From IMG/VR virus record IMGVR_UViG_3300047320_000352: a stretch of 60,848 bases of DNA; one strand, written 5' to 3'. Origin of the DNA: an uncultured virus (IMG/VR IMGVR_UViG_3300047320_000352). Taxonomy: Duplodnaviria > Heunggongvirae > Uroviricota > Caudoviricetes. Below are positions 9,203 through 20,685 of the stretch, one piece after another. The translations under genes and the position numbers were made by a program. Under the pieces are notes generated by a model. The model worked only from the letters and a program-made list of their open reading frames with translations, was not told the DNA's origin and did not search any database. The first letter of the stretch is position 1; each line of letters starts with the position of its first letter.

Positions 9203-10156
9203 GTGGCCCGAGCAGAAGTAGCGCATTTCACACAGAACAGCGACTTCTGGCCTGCCAACAGTCTGGCAGCCTGGCAAAGCGACCCCGAGAGAACCTTTCA
9301 GGATTGGCTCGCCCAGCAACGCGTCATCAGCACCCGGCAGTTTCGGGAGTCCTCGCAGGAAACCTATGCGTCCATGTTCGCATGGTGGCTGTCGTCCCTT
9401 GCTGCCAAGGGGTTGAAGCTGCTCGAAGCGACGCCGGAGGATGCGACCGAGTTTTTTGGCTCGAGCGAGTTTGAACCGGTGTCGCGCCGACGGTATCTCC
9501 AGCTGCTCGACCGGGTCTACCAGCACCTGCGCAGCGAGAAGGTGGGGTGGGATGGGGAAAATCCGCTGAAGGTAGAACTGAGGAAGGAGCGGGAACTTGA
9601 GATTCCCCTACCTCCGGGACTGGAGGAAGAATCCCTCGCTCAAGTTATTGCGGTCCTGACCGATATAACGGGATGGAAGGGTGCGCGCGACCGATGTGCG
9701 GCAGCGCTGCTCATGGGGGCCGGATTGCGGGCCAACGAATTGATTAACCTGCCTACGGACGGGGTGTCCGATGTTTTTCAGATTCACGTCAAACCGAATA
9801 CTGTCCACCGCGAACACACCACCCTGATTTTGCCGGATGGTCCGTGGCGAGAATGGTATCAGGCATGGCGGGCCGAGCGGCAGGACCTGGCAATCCCAGG
9901 TAACCTGCTGTGCCCAGCTACGCGAAAAGGCACGCCGTACTCCCCATCAGGGCTGTTTCGGCGGGTAAGCGCCTGGCTCAAGCCGCTGGGCGAATCGCTC
10001 CCACAAAATGGGCCCAACCTGCTGCGAAATTCGTTTGCGCGGATAGCGCTTACATGCGGCCGATATACGCCTTCTGAAGTCCAGAATTTTTTGGGTCACG
10101 AAGAACTTCGTGCGACATCCCGACATATTGTCGCCGTCGAGCTTCTGTCCGAGTGA
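9203..10156 (+). CDS. Tyrosine recombinase/integrase family protein, catalytically degenerate
   Basis: GLRANE; GPNLLRNSF (HxxR His replaced by Asn); LGHEELRATSRH (His at the nucleophilic Tyr position). Confidence 0.8.
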   Translation: MARAEVAHFTQNSDFWPANSLAAWQSDPERTFQDWLAQQRVISTRQFRESSQETYASMFAWWLSSLAAKGLKLLEATPEDATEFFGSSEFEPVSRRRYLQLLDRVYQHLRSEKVGWDGENPLKVELRKERELEIPLPPGLEEESLAQVIAVLTDITGWKGARDRCAAALLMGAGLRANELINLPTDGVSDVFQIHVKPNTVHREHTTLILPDGPWREWYQAWRAERQDLAIPGNLLCPATRKGTPYSPSGLFRRVSAWLKPLGESLPQNGPNLLRNSFARIALTCGRYTPSEVQNFLGHEELRATSRHIVAVELLSE

Positions 10157-10214
10157 CGAGCACCGGTGAATATGTTAGCTTACAACTATTTCAGTATATT
10201 TCTGCGTGTAGGGC

Positions 10215-11930
10215 ATGTTTAAGAATTCTGTGACCTTGCAACTGGCGCTTTTTCTGGCCGTTGTGGCCGCGATTACGGGCAGTTTGACCTTTTCGTACTC
10301 GGAGGCTATCCCCTACCTGCATAGCGAATTTCCATCAATAAGGCGAGTGCATGATGAGAGACCGTATGTCATTGAAAGTATCGTCAGTCTTGTCTCCCTG
10401 ATACTTTCGCTGTTTGCCATTTCGCAAATCAAGGCGGTCAAACAGGGATTTAAGAGCGGGTTCGGCGCATTTGACGCACTACATGGTGTACTGACTTCGG
10501 CTGAATTCAGTCTCGATTCGGGACTTTTCTTTATTGACGCCAACCGCAAGGTACTGTCTTCCACGCAATTGCCAATGCGCGTCGCGCAGGTGAAGTCAGT
10601 CGCCGACATGGTCGGCAAGCGCTATGAAGATGTTTTTCCGCCCAAGTTTTCCTGGCTACTCGAGGGGCTTGAGGCGAAATCACGCACTACGCGACAGCCG
10701 GCGGCCGTAGAAATTTCCGACTGGTCTCCGTACTGTCCCCATCCGATTGGCCCGGTGATTCTGATGGCGATGCCGGCGTTTCGTGACGGCCAATATGTGG
10801 GACATACCATCATTTTTCGAAGCGCTACCGAAATCCGGCTTGCGGAAGAATCTGCCATACTGCATCAGCAGAATTACGAGGTGCTGTTTGACAACCTGCA
10901 ATGCGGTGTGGCAGTTTGCCGGCTCGCCGTGAGCGGTGATGGCGGCCCGGACGCCTACGTCGTCGAAGCGAATCCAGGTTTCAAACGCATGATGGATGGA
11001 CTGCCCTTGCCGTACACGGAACCCTTTTCCGTCGCATGGCCGAGCTTTTCAATCCACGACAAGCTGCGCCAGGGCATTGCCCGGGTCACGTCTGGAGAGC
11101 AAAGCTACCAGTGTCAGATTTTTCTGCCGGAACTCGGCAAGCATTTCGACGTCACGCTCGCCGCGCTGTCTGCCGGACGCTTTCAACTCGTGTTCAGCGA
11201 CCAGACTGACGTTCGCAGTCACGAGCAACAGGTGCTGACGCTCAACGACCGGATGCAGCGCAACCTTGCTCACCAGAGCAAATATCTCGCGAGCATGCTC
11301 GAGGATATTGACCACTTCCATATGGCCGCGGGTGACATAGTCGAGGCGCACCTCGACCAGCTGTCCAAGGCTGTGCCCAATCTCGCGCCGCCATGGGGCG
11401 AAGTTGTGGCGCAGTCGTGCACCGAGCTTTACCGGGTGCGCAGCCAGTTCGGCAAGTATCACACGGCGCGTAGCCTTCCGTACCAGGCCACGACGCTCGT
11501 CCAGCCGGCGGACATCGTCAAGCGGCTACTTGAGACGATAGAAAATCGTTACCCCGACATCCGGTTCCAGGTCGGTGCACTGCCCGCGGTGGTGGCGAGC
11601 CCGGAAGTGCTGACCAGCATTATCGAGCGTATTCTCGTGACGCTCGCGAGCCAGCGGCGAGAAGAGGCAGCCAGGATAGTGGTCGACGGGGCCAGCGGGT
11701 TCCTGACGACTGGCGTATGTGTGGAGGCGATGGGCATCGACTGCACGTCACTGTTCCTCGAGATTCCACCAGACACACAGCCCCTGGACTGGACGCTCAC
11801 GAGCGACCTTGAGCTCGCCACTGTCCGTCGCATGGTGAACGAGCATGGCGGCGAGCTTCTTATCGGCCCGGCGGAGCAAGGTGAGGGGGTGCGAATAACC
11901 GTGACAGTCGGCTCTCCCGTGGCACACTGA
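10215..11930 (+). CDS. Membrane PAS-domain protein with degenerate histidine-kinase-like C-terminus
   Basis: 2 TM; two PAS-like segments; LELATVRRMVNEHGG resembles an HATPase G2 box; no clear H/N/G1 boxes. Confidence 0.65.
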   Translation: MFKNSVTLQLALFLAVVAAITGSLTFSYSEAIPYLHSEFPSIRRVHDERPYVIESIVSLVSLILSLFAISQIKAVKQGFKSGFGAFDALHGVLTSAEFSLDSGLFFIDANRKVLSSTQLPMRVAQVKSVADMVGKRYEDVFPPKFSWLLEGLEAKSRTTRQPAAVEISDWSPYCPHPIGPVILMAMPAFRDGQYVGHTIIFRSATEIRLAEESAILHQQNYEVLFDNLQCGVAVCRLAVSGDGGPDAYVVEANPGFKRMMDGLPLPYTEPFSVAWPSFSIHDKLRQGIARVTSGEQSYQCQIFLPELGKHFDVTLAALSAGRFQLVFSDQTDVRSHEQQVLTLNDRMQRNLAHQSKYLASMLEDIDHFHMAAGDIVEAHLDQLSKAVPNLAPPWGEVVAQSCTELYRVRSQFGKYHTARSLPYQATTLVQPADIVKRLLETIENRYPDIRFQVGALPAVVASPEVLTSIIERILVTLASQRREEAARIVVDGASGFLTTGVCVEAMGIDCTSLFLEIPPDTQPLDWTLTSDLELATVRRMVNEHGGELLIGPAEQGEGVRITVTVGSPVAH

Positions 11931-11950
11931 AGAGTCGCGACCCACTACGA

Positions 11951-11976
11951 AGCGCCCAGCTTGGCTGGGCGTTTTG
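11951..11976 (+). terminator. Intrinsic terminator
   Basis: CGCCCAGC-TTG-GCTGGGCG followed by TTTT. Confidence 0.7.
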
Positions 11977-12018
11977 CATTTTATGTGGTATAATGTCACC
12001 ATCCAATCAACGAGTTAA

Positions 12019-14061
<2,043 letters not shown>

Positions 14062-14101
14062 AAGCGCCTACGCGCCGCCGAACCACATCTCGGGACCGAC
14101 C

Positions 14102-14860
14102 ATGACACAGAAAAATACGGGCAAGAAGCACGAGGCTGCCGTTGACGCGTATCTCGCGAAGCTCAAGACCTTCCTGATGACGCCGGACCACGGCGACGGC
14201 AGCTGGCCGGACATCCCACGCGAAGAGCTGGATACGGGAAACGGGCTGGTCCACGAGATGATGGAATTGAAGTGGGGGACGGACGTAGACCGCGATTCGC
14301 CGGTGCGCGTGCGCATCTGGGAGCGCCGACAGGTCCACCTGCTGTGCGACTGGGCCTACATCCAGAACCCACCGCGCGATGAAGAGACGGAACCGGCGGA
14401 TGAGCGGCAAGCCCGGTTCCTCCGCAACATCCAGACGATTTCATCTGCGTCGGCCGCCTGCGCTGAAGAGCTTCGTCGCGTGCATCTCGAGATGGCGGAC
14501 ATTCACGCGCGAGAACTGCGCCGCAAGGCCGCATTCGACGTTCACGTGGTCGAGTACGCAGCTCCGCAGGACAATGCCTCCGGAAAGAAGCGTAGTTTCA
14601 AGGACGACGTCATCAGCGTTCACCCTACAGCCGAGGCAGCAGAGCAGTTCATCGTCGAGCAGGAGAAGCATGGCATGACCCTGACCCGGACAATCATCAT
14701 GTCCGCGACGCCCGGCTATCAGGACAGCCCGACGGACAAGTTCGCAGAGTACCGCGCCAAGGTCAATGCGCAGTTCGAGAAGGTGGTGCCCAGCTACGAG
14801 ACGCGTCAGGCGCTGAACCTTCAGTTTGTGCGCACCGTGCGCAAGGCCGAAAATGGGTGA
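14102..14860 (+). CDS. Hypothetical protein
   Basis: ORF after ligA; ATG 14102. Confidence 0.7.
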   Translation: MTQKNTGKKHEAAVDAYLAKLKTFLMTPDHGDGSWPDIPREELDTGNGLVHEMMELKWGTDVDRDSPVRVRIWERRQVHLLCDWAYIQNPPRDEETEPADERQARFLRNIQTISSASAACAEELRRVHLEMADIHARELRRKAAFDVHVVEYAAPQDNASGKKRSFKDDVISVHPTAEAAEQFIVEQEKHGMTLTRTIIMSATPGYQDSPTDKFAEYRAKVNAQFEKVVPSYETRQALNLQFVRTVRKAENG

Positions 14861-15101
14861 GGCACGGCGGCGCGGAACCCGCGAACAGCGCGTAGCAACC
14901 GCGGAGCCGCGCGCGCCGCGCATGGGCGCTGATGCGCGTCGACGGGTGATGGCTGAGGCGTTGGCCCAGGGCCTAGTCAAAGGCATGGCCGAGGTGCTCA
15001 CACCGATTTTTGGCCAAGGGTCGAACTCCGGTCTGACTGGCGGCGTTGAAACAGAAAACCCCGGCGCGGTGGCCGGGGGTGAGACGTCCGTGGACGGTTA
15101 A
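14853..15101 (+). CDS. Small phage-like protein (MGEARRRGTREQR N-terminus)
   Basis: Overlaps the upstream stop; N-terminus typical of small prophage proteins. Confidence 0.65.
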   Translation: MGEARRRGTREQRVATAEPRAPRMGADARRRVMAEALAQGLVKGMAEVLTPIFGQGSNSGLTGGVETENPGAVAGGETSVDG

Positions 15102-15379
15102 GCCTTTCCTTCCGGGCTGTAGTAGAGACTCTCCCCACACTGGCCGCAGAAGTGTTCCCGCATAAAAGTTCGCTGCATAACGTTGCGAACCTGGATGCGG
15201 TCGTGTCCGCAGCTGTGGCAGGCGACGCGCGTTCCTTTGACAGCGGCCGGGTAGGTCGCGCGATACCACTGATAGTTTTTCGCACGCATACGCTTCATGC
15301 GCTTTACGTTCGCCGTCACAATGACGACTGCGACGACTACGATAAACAGTGGTATGGCCAAAGCAAAGAGTGTGTCCAT
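15098..15379 (-). CDS. Membrane-anchored Zn-ribbon protein
   Basis: N-terminal TM; CHSC…CGQC; AGGAG RBS. Confidence 0.75.
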   Translation of the reverse strand: MDTLFALAIPLFIVVVAVVIVTANVKRMKRMRAKNYQWYRATYPAAVKGTRVACHSCGHDRIQVRNVMQRTFMREHFCGQCGESLYYSPEGKA

Positions 15380-15592
15380 CTGAAAAGCTCCTGATTAACG
15401 GTGATTTCCTTTTCGGCCTGAGCGGCCTGAGAGGCTAGGCATTTGCCTGGTTGCCCGATTTGTATAGCGTGTCGTGCGCTGGACGCTACCGTTGCGCGCA
15501 GCCCCTGGCTGTCCTGCACAAAGTAACGAAGTAGGCGGGTCGGTTTTCCCTATACGAGTTGAGTCATCAACTTTAAGAGGGAGGACATAGCG

Positions 15593-17773
15593 ATGGAAAT
15601 GCAAGCAGACCTGTTGGGTGAGCAGACTTTTGCGGCCGTACACCCAATCACGTTGTTTTCGCGGAAGAAGTCGGAGTTTCAGCCGGTTGTTTTGGCAGAA
15701 GCGCCGGCCGACATCCTGGGCATGCCTGAAGGGGAGCTGGACGAGAAGATTGCCAAAGCGATGGCCGTGATGAAATGGGCCATGCAGCGCTGGGAAATCT
15801 GCTACAGCTATTCCGGCGGCAAGGACAGTTCTACCGTCCTGTCGATGGCACTCGCGGCCGCGGCGCAGTTGAAGGCCGAGGGTCGCGAGGTGAAGCGCTT
15901 TCTCGTGCTCAATTCGGACACGAAGGTGGAGAACCCGGAAGTCAAGGGCGTCGCCACTCTCGAGCTGGAGCGGGTACGGGAGTGGATTGCGCGGCACGAG
16001 CTGCCGGGCGCGGTTGAGGTGACGAAGCCGAACGTGCTCGCCGAATGGGCGGTGCACATCATCGGCGGCCAGACACTCATCAGCACCCCGGTGACGAACC
16101 GCAACTGCACGACTGACCTGAAGACCGTGCCGCTGAATCGGGCTCGAATCCGCTTCTTCGGGGTCAACAAGGTCGCGCAGGGCAAATTCTCGGTCGGTAT
16201 GACGGGTGTTCGCTACAGCGAGAGTGCCGAGCGCGCCGCCAACATGGCCAAGCGCGCGGAGTCGCCCACGCAACTCGTGCAGACCAATGTCGAGCAGGAC
16301 GTGTATCTCGCGCCTATCGCCAACTGGTCGACCGACGACGTGATGGAGTACATCGGTCTCGCCGTCAACGACCTGTTGCCGCTCGACATCTACACCGACA
16401 TGAAGGACGTCTGGCGCATCTACAAGGATGCCGAGGGCGAGTGTACGGTGGGGCGCGGCGACAAGCCGAGCGATGCGTGCGGCGCGCGCCACGGTTGCTA
16501 TGTCTGCAACATGGTCCAGGAAGACAAGAGCATGCTGTCGTTTCTCATGCAGGAGCAGTATGCCTACATGGAACCGCTGTCGCGCTTTCGTGAGTACCTG
16601 AGCAACACGCTGTTCGACATGAGCAAGCGTGCGTGGATGGGCCGCAGCATCACCGATGGCTACATCCAGTTCGCACCAGGTTCGTACGCACCCGCGTACA
16701 CCCAGGACCTGTTGCGGTTTGCGCTGACCATCGACCGGAATGAGCAACTGAAGGCCGCGGAGCTGGGCGTTGAGCCCCGCTTCCAGATTGTTGGCCCTGA
16801 AGCGCTCATTGCAATCGACGCAATCTGGAGTCTCCAAGGATATGCCCGTCCGTATACTGCGTTGTTCATTTACAACGACGTGTTTGAGAAGGGGCTGAGC
16901 TTCGAGATTCCGAAGGTGCCGAAAGCCGAGAAGTGCCCGATGCCGGCGCCGCGCTACATTCCCGTGAAGGACTGGGATGAGTCGGCAATGGATGTCTACA
17001 CGGGGCTGCGCAGTTCGCTTCACGAGATGCACGGTGAAGCGGCTTGTGGCGCTACGCGGGAAATCAACAGCAAGGGCGGCGTGCGGACGGTCATGGACAT
17101 CGGCACCTCGGACCTCTTTGAGGTTCACGAGGAGTCGGTGGCCATGATTCTCGGGTTCGAACTGGAGCGGCTGGTCCAGCGCTATCACGATTCGGCTCGA
17201 GCGGGCGGTGTGCCTCTGTCGGGAGAGAGCTACAAGTTCTATCTCCAGTATGGGGTCATCAGCCTGGCGAAGTCGCAGGTCAGCGAGGCCGACCGTATTT
17301 TGCGTCGTTCATCCTGGCGCGAACGGCATGGTCTCGCAGGCTACAACTTCGATGTGGCGCGCGCTCTCTCGATGTCAGTCGAGAAGCCTGAGCCCCTGGT
17401 CGAACCGAGCCCGGATGTTATGCGGGCCCAGCGAGACCGGGCGGATGCGGCGGCGCGTGCAGCTGCGCGCGCGGCCGTGCGTCACCGGACGTTGTCACTG
17501 GATGAGCTGTATCGCCAGTGGTCCCCGGATGTGCCGTGGCGTCAGTTGATGAGGATGGGGCTTCCGAGCAGCAGGCTGTTGTCGCATTGCCTGCACAAGA
17601 AAGACCCGGCGTACAGCAACCGACGCCTGAAGGGATGGGCGATTCATCACTTCGTTCGTCTCGGCCCGCTGGTGGACTTCCTGAAGGCCAATCCTGACAT
17701 CGCCGAGAAGGTCAAAGAACATCGCAGCTCGCGTCGTCGTAAGGGCTCGCAGATGTTGCTGTTTGCGGCATAA
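15593..17773 (+). CDS. PAPS reductase family protein, DndC-like
   Basis: PP-loop YSGGKDSS; RNCTTDLK; GVRYSESAER; RHGCYVC. Confidence 0.85.
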   Translation: MEMQADLLGEQTFAAVHPITLFSRKKSEFQPVVLAEAPADILGMPEGELDEKIAKAMAVMKWAMQRWEICYSYSGGKDSSTVLSMALAAAAQLKAEGREVKRFLVLNSDTKVENPEVKGVATLELERVREWIARHELPGAVEVTKPNVLAEWAVHIIGGQTLISTPVTNRNCTTDLKTVPLNRARIRFFGVNKVAQGKFSVGMTGVRYSESAERAANMAKRAESPTQLVQTNVEQDVYLAPIANWSTDDVMEYIGLAVNDLLPLDIYTDMKDVWRIYKDAEGECTVGRGDKPSDACGARHGCYVCNMVQEDKSMLSFLMQEQYAYMEPLSRFREYLSNTLFDMSKRAWMGRSITDGYIQFAPGSYAPAYTQDLLRFALTIDRNEQLKAAELGVEPRFQIVGPEALIAIDAIWSLQGYARPYTALFIYNDVFEKGLSFEIPKVPKAEKCPMPAPRYIPVKDWDESAMDVYTGLRSSLHEMHGEAACGATREINSKGGVRTVMDIGTSDLFEVHEESVAMILGFELERLVQRYHDSARAGGVPLSGESYKFYLQYGVISLAKSQVSEADRILRRSSWRERHGLAGYNFDVARALSMSVEKPEPLVEPSPDVMRAQRDRADAAARAAARAAVRHRTLSLDELYRQWSPDVPWRQLMRMGLPSSRLLSHCLHKKDPAYSNRRLKGWAIHHFVRLGPLVDFLKANPDIAEKVKEHRSSRRRKGSQMLLFAA

Positions 17774-17780
17774 CCTCCAC

Positions 17781-17809
17781 GCCACGGGATTTCTCCGTGG
17801 CGTTTTTTT
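17781..17809 (+). terminator. Intrinsic terminator
   Basis: GCCACGG..CCGTGGC followed by a T8 run. Confidence 0.75.
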
Positions 17810-17884
17810 CATCCTCGGGCTGAAGATTTCCAAGCCTCCCGGTTGGCTATACGGACTGTGTGGTCAACTAACCTGGAGGTCAAT

Positions 17885-18166
17885 ATGTCGCGTTCCGCAA
17901 TTCAAAGCCTGCCGTCCCTGGATGTTTCCGCAAAGCCAATCAAGGTATTTCACGCTATAACCGATGTCGAGATGCAGTTCGACGCAACGGTAAGCGCTGA
18001 ATATGCCGTCGCATTCGCCTATTGCGAGGAGAATAACCGACTCTCCGAGCTGTACGCACACCGTGACGACGCACGGCTCCCGGCGATGTATGCCAAGCTT
18101 CCCATGATGCGCGGCAAGCAGTCGGTGGGCTGCGGCGACTGGATGGCAGCCTGTCCGCTGCACTGA
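17885..18166 (+). CDS. Hypothetical protein
   Basis: GGAGG RBS before ATG 17885. Confidence 0.7.
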   Translation: MSRSAIQSLPSLDVSAKPIKVFHAITDVEMQFDATVSAEYAVAFAYCEENNRLSELYAHRDDARLPAMYAKLPMMRGKQSVGCGDWMAACPLH

Positions 18167-18191
18167 TTCTTAACACAAGGAGGGTTTCACC

Positions 18192-18431
18192 ATGAAAACG
18201 TACGTGGTCACCGCAGACGACATCGAGAACGTTCTGAGCCAGTATTCACTGCGCGTCGCCGACACGCAGGGCAAATCGTTCGCAACGATGGCCGCCGAAC
18301 TGGTCGACGAACTGGACCTGACCACTGTCGAGGCTGCTGCTTCGACCGGGGATACGAAAGACGCTCAGGGCCAGGCCGTATTCAAGGCGCTACACCAGCT
18401 GCTCGTCAAGGAAGGCGTCCTGGAGTTTTAA
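18192..18431 (+). CDS. Hypothetical protein
   Basis: AAGGAGG RBS. Confidence 0.75.
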   Translation: MKTYVVTADDIENVLSQYSLRVADTQGKSFATMAAELVDELDLTTVEAAASTGDTKDAQGQAVFKALHQLLVKEGVLEF

Positions 18432-18620
18432 TCAGGCTGATTCGCCGACCCACTCAACGCCATGCTTTTTGCATGGCGTTTTTCATCCCGAAACATCGCT
18501 TTGCGGCGCGCACCGTGTTTCTACGAAATGCGCCTTTAATGCCTGCCTGTTTAAGGAATTAGTAAAAGCTCGCCGTGATACTGTGTCGGTCGTCGTTTTA
18601 AGTGGGCCTGAGCTTCCGCA

Positions 18621-19769
18621 ATGTCTATAAACCTCACAAAGATTGGCGTTTTTTTCGATGGCAGCTTCTTTCACGGCGTGTCGTCCTACTATTTGAACCA
18701 ACACCCGCGTCGCTCGCGCATCGCGCTGAGTGGTATTCGCGATTACGCAGCGCATCACATTGCGCTCGAAGAGGGCGTTCAGCCGCGGCATTGCCGGATT
18801 GTCGAGTCGCACTTTTTTGCGGGCCGGATGAACTCTTATGAAGCTCGCGAGCGTGACGGCACACTTTTTCGCGACCGGGTGTGGGATGAGATTCTCCAGA
18901 AGGAGGATGTCACTGCTCACTATATGCCCATGGGATTGCGCGGCGAGAAAGGCATTGACGTGTCTCTTGCGCTGGAATGCTATGAGTTGGTGACGCTTAA
19001 AGGCCTCGATGTCGTCGTGCTCGTGACCGGCGACGGTGACTTTGTACCGCTCGTGCGCAAACTCAATGCGCTTGGCGTCCGGGTAATGGTTTTTGGCTGC
19101 ACATATTCATTCCTCGACAATGCAGGCCGGGAACGTGGCGCCACGGTCTCTCGCTATCTGCTCAATGAGGCGACATACCCCGTGCTATTGCACGAGCTCA
19201 TAGACGGCTACGCAACGCTGCCTGATGCCGAGCGCGCGCTCATCGACGGCCTTTTCCTGAAGAAAGCGGCAGAGTCGGAAGAGGCATCCGAACTGGCCGC
19301 TACCCCGGCCGCCGAAGCGCCAGCCGCAGCCGTGCCAGCTCCCCAACCGGTGCCTGAGGCCTCTTTCGTACAAGTTGAGACACGGCCGGTGGCTCCAGCA
19401 GCACCCGACGTACATCCGCCGGCCATACGCCTGTCCGCCCGAGCAAGACAACCTGTTGTCGACGCAGGGCCGCCCGCGTCACGCGATTCGCTCGAACGGC
19501 TGGCTAAATCAGGATTCGCCAACGGCGCCGGGTCGAAAGAGCCGCCGGCGCGGGACCGGCGTATAACCGGTCGTGTGATACGTGTACTCGATGGCTATGG
19601 CTTCATTCAGTCCGACGTCACGGATGAAACGCCGTTCTTTCACCATTCCGAAGTGGCGAAACGCGGCTTCGACCATATTCAGCCTGGCACACCCGTGAGC
19701 TTCATTGAGACACAAGGCGACCGGGGAAAGGTCGCGAAGAGTGTCCAACTGCTTGACGAGGCCGCCTGA
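18621..19769 (+). CDS. NYN (LabA/DUF88, PIN-like) domain fused to a cold-shock domain
   Basis: FFDG, EKGIDVSLA, TGDGDF motifs; C-terminal GYGFI…FFHHS CSD. Confidence 0.9.
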   Translation: MSINLTKIGVFFDGSFFHGVSSYYLNQHPRRSRIALSGIRDYAAHHIALEEGVQPRHCRIVESHFFAGRMNSYEARERDGTLFRDRVWDEILQKEDVTAHYMPMGLRGEKGIDVSLALECYELVTLKGLDVVVLVTGDGDFVPLVRKLNALGVRVMVFGCTYSFLDNAGRERGATVSRYLLNEATYPVLLHELIDGYATLPDAERALIDGLFLKKAAESEEASELAATPAAEAPAAAVPAPQPVPEASFVQVETRPVAPAAPDVHPPAIRLSARARQPVVDAGPPASRDSLERLAKSGFANGAGSKEPPARDRRITGRVIRVLDGYGFIQSDVTDETPFFHHSEVAKRGFDHIQPGTPVSFIETQGDRGKVAKSVQLLDEAA

Positions 19770-19840
19770 TGCCCCCCCGGAAGGCTCAGCGAGCTATACC
19801 TCGTAGCAGCATGTGCGGTCTAACCAACGAGGAAAAGGCT

Positions 19841-20077
19841 ATGAGCCAGAAGAAGCTGAAGCAGGTCATCGCGGTTATCACGTTCGAGGACAACGGCGAC
19901 AATATCCTGGGGTTGAGCGACGCCGCAACATGGCTGGACGGCAAGCTGCGCTCCTCCGGTACTGCGGTCGAAACGCTCGAAGTGACGACATTCACAACCG
20001 CGGCGCACGCGGCGCAAGCCGAGACCGAGCGCTCCGGCGACTTTGCGCTCGACGCAGAACGCCTGCTCGGGCACTGA
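19841..20077 (+). CDS. Hypothetical protein
   Basis: GAGG RBS before ATG 19841. Confidence 0.65.
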   Translation: MSQKKLKQVIAVITFEDNGDNILGLSDAATWLDGKLRSSGTAVETLEVTTFTTAAHAAQAETERSGDFALDAERLLGH

Positions 20078-20144
20078 ACGTTACAGGAAAGTCCACACCT
20101 CTGAGCCACGGATACGCTCCGTGGCTTTTTTACGTCTGCTGCGC

Positions 20145-20390
20145 TCAGAAATCGAAGTTCGGCTTACCCGGCTTCGCCTTCCACGCCAGATGGACCCAGC
20201 CCGCCGGCACATAGTGGCTCATGCCGGCTGCATCAAGAATCCGGTGACCGCCACTCTCGCTTACCGCGAGATGCGTGGGAGCGTCGATACGTACCTTCAC
20301 CACGCCGCCTTTGGCCGAAACAGGAAACGTGTACTCGCGAAACTGTTCGCTCGTGAGGTCATTGAACTTGTGAGCAGACTTGTTTTTCAT
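20145..20390 (-). CDS. Small conserved phage-type protein
   Basis: SEQFREYTF…SGGHRILD…SHYVPAGW pattern; start uncertain. Confidence 0.7.
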   Translation of the reverse strand: MKNKSAHKFNDLTSEQFREYTFPVSAKGGVVKVRIDAPTHLAVSESGGHRILDAAGMSHYVPAGWVHLAWKAKPGKPNFDF

Positions 20391-20685
20391 CGTGTTTGAC
20401 AGGGTGTGCGTGCGGTCGCGACGCGAGGAATTCAAGGAAGTCGCAGGTTTAGGCTTCCCGGTCACAAGTATATCGTAAAAAGGCGTGTTGTCGAGTTTGA
20501 GCCTATCAAGGTCGGGCAGCCAGGGAGTGAGTTGTGCTGCCACGCACTTGCTACCTTCAGGTAATGGCGTCAGGTGCACGCTCACATCGGGCGGGCTGGT
20601 GAGCCTTAGTCGTTTGTTGTGTTTTACGTAAAATGTGCTATAATGCTAGTTAATTATTCAATTTCTGCCTTCCGAGGAAACGCCC

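Noticed and set aside
9203..10156. Integration boundary / att site at the integrase
   Set aside because: No tRNA or flanking direct repeat seen, and the enzyme appears inactive
15395..17188. Long antisense ORFs (this one, 24535-25950, 45804-47069, 12835-13749)
   Set aside because: Shadow frames of high-GC genes with clear motifs on the opposite strand
15593..17773. Complete Dnd/Ssp phosphorothioation system
   Set aside because: No dndA/B/D/E or ssp partners nearby
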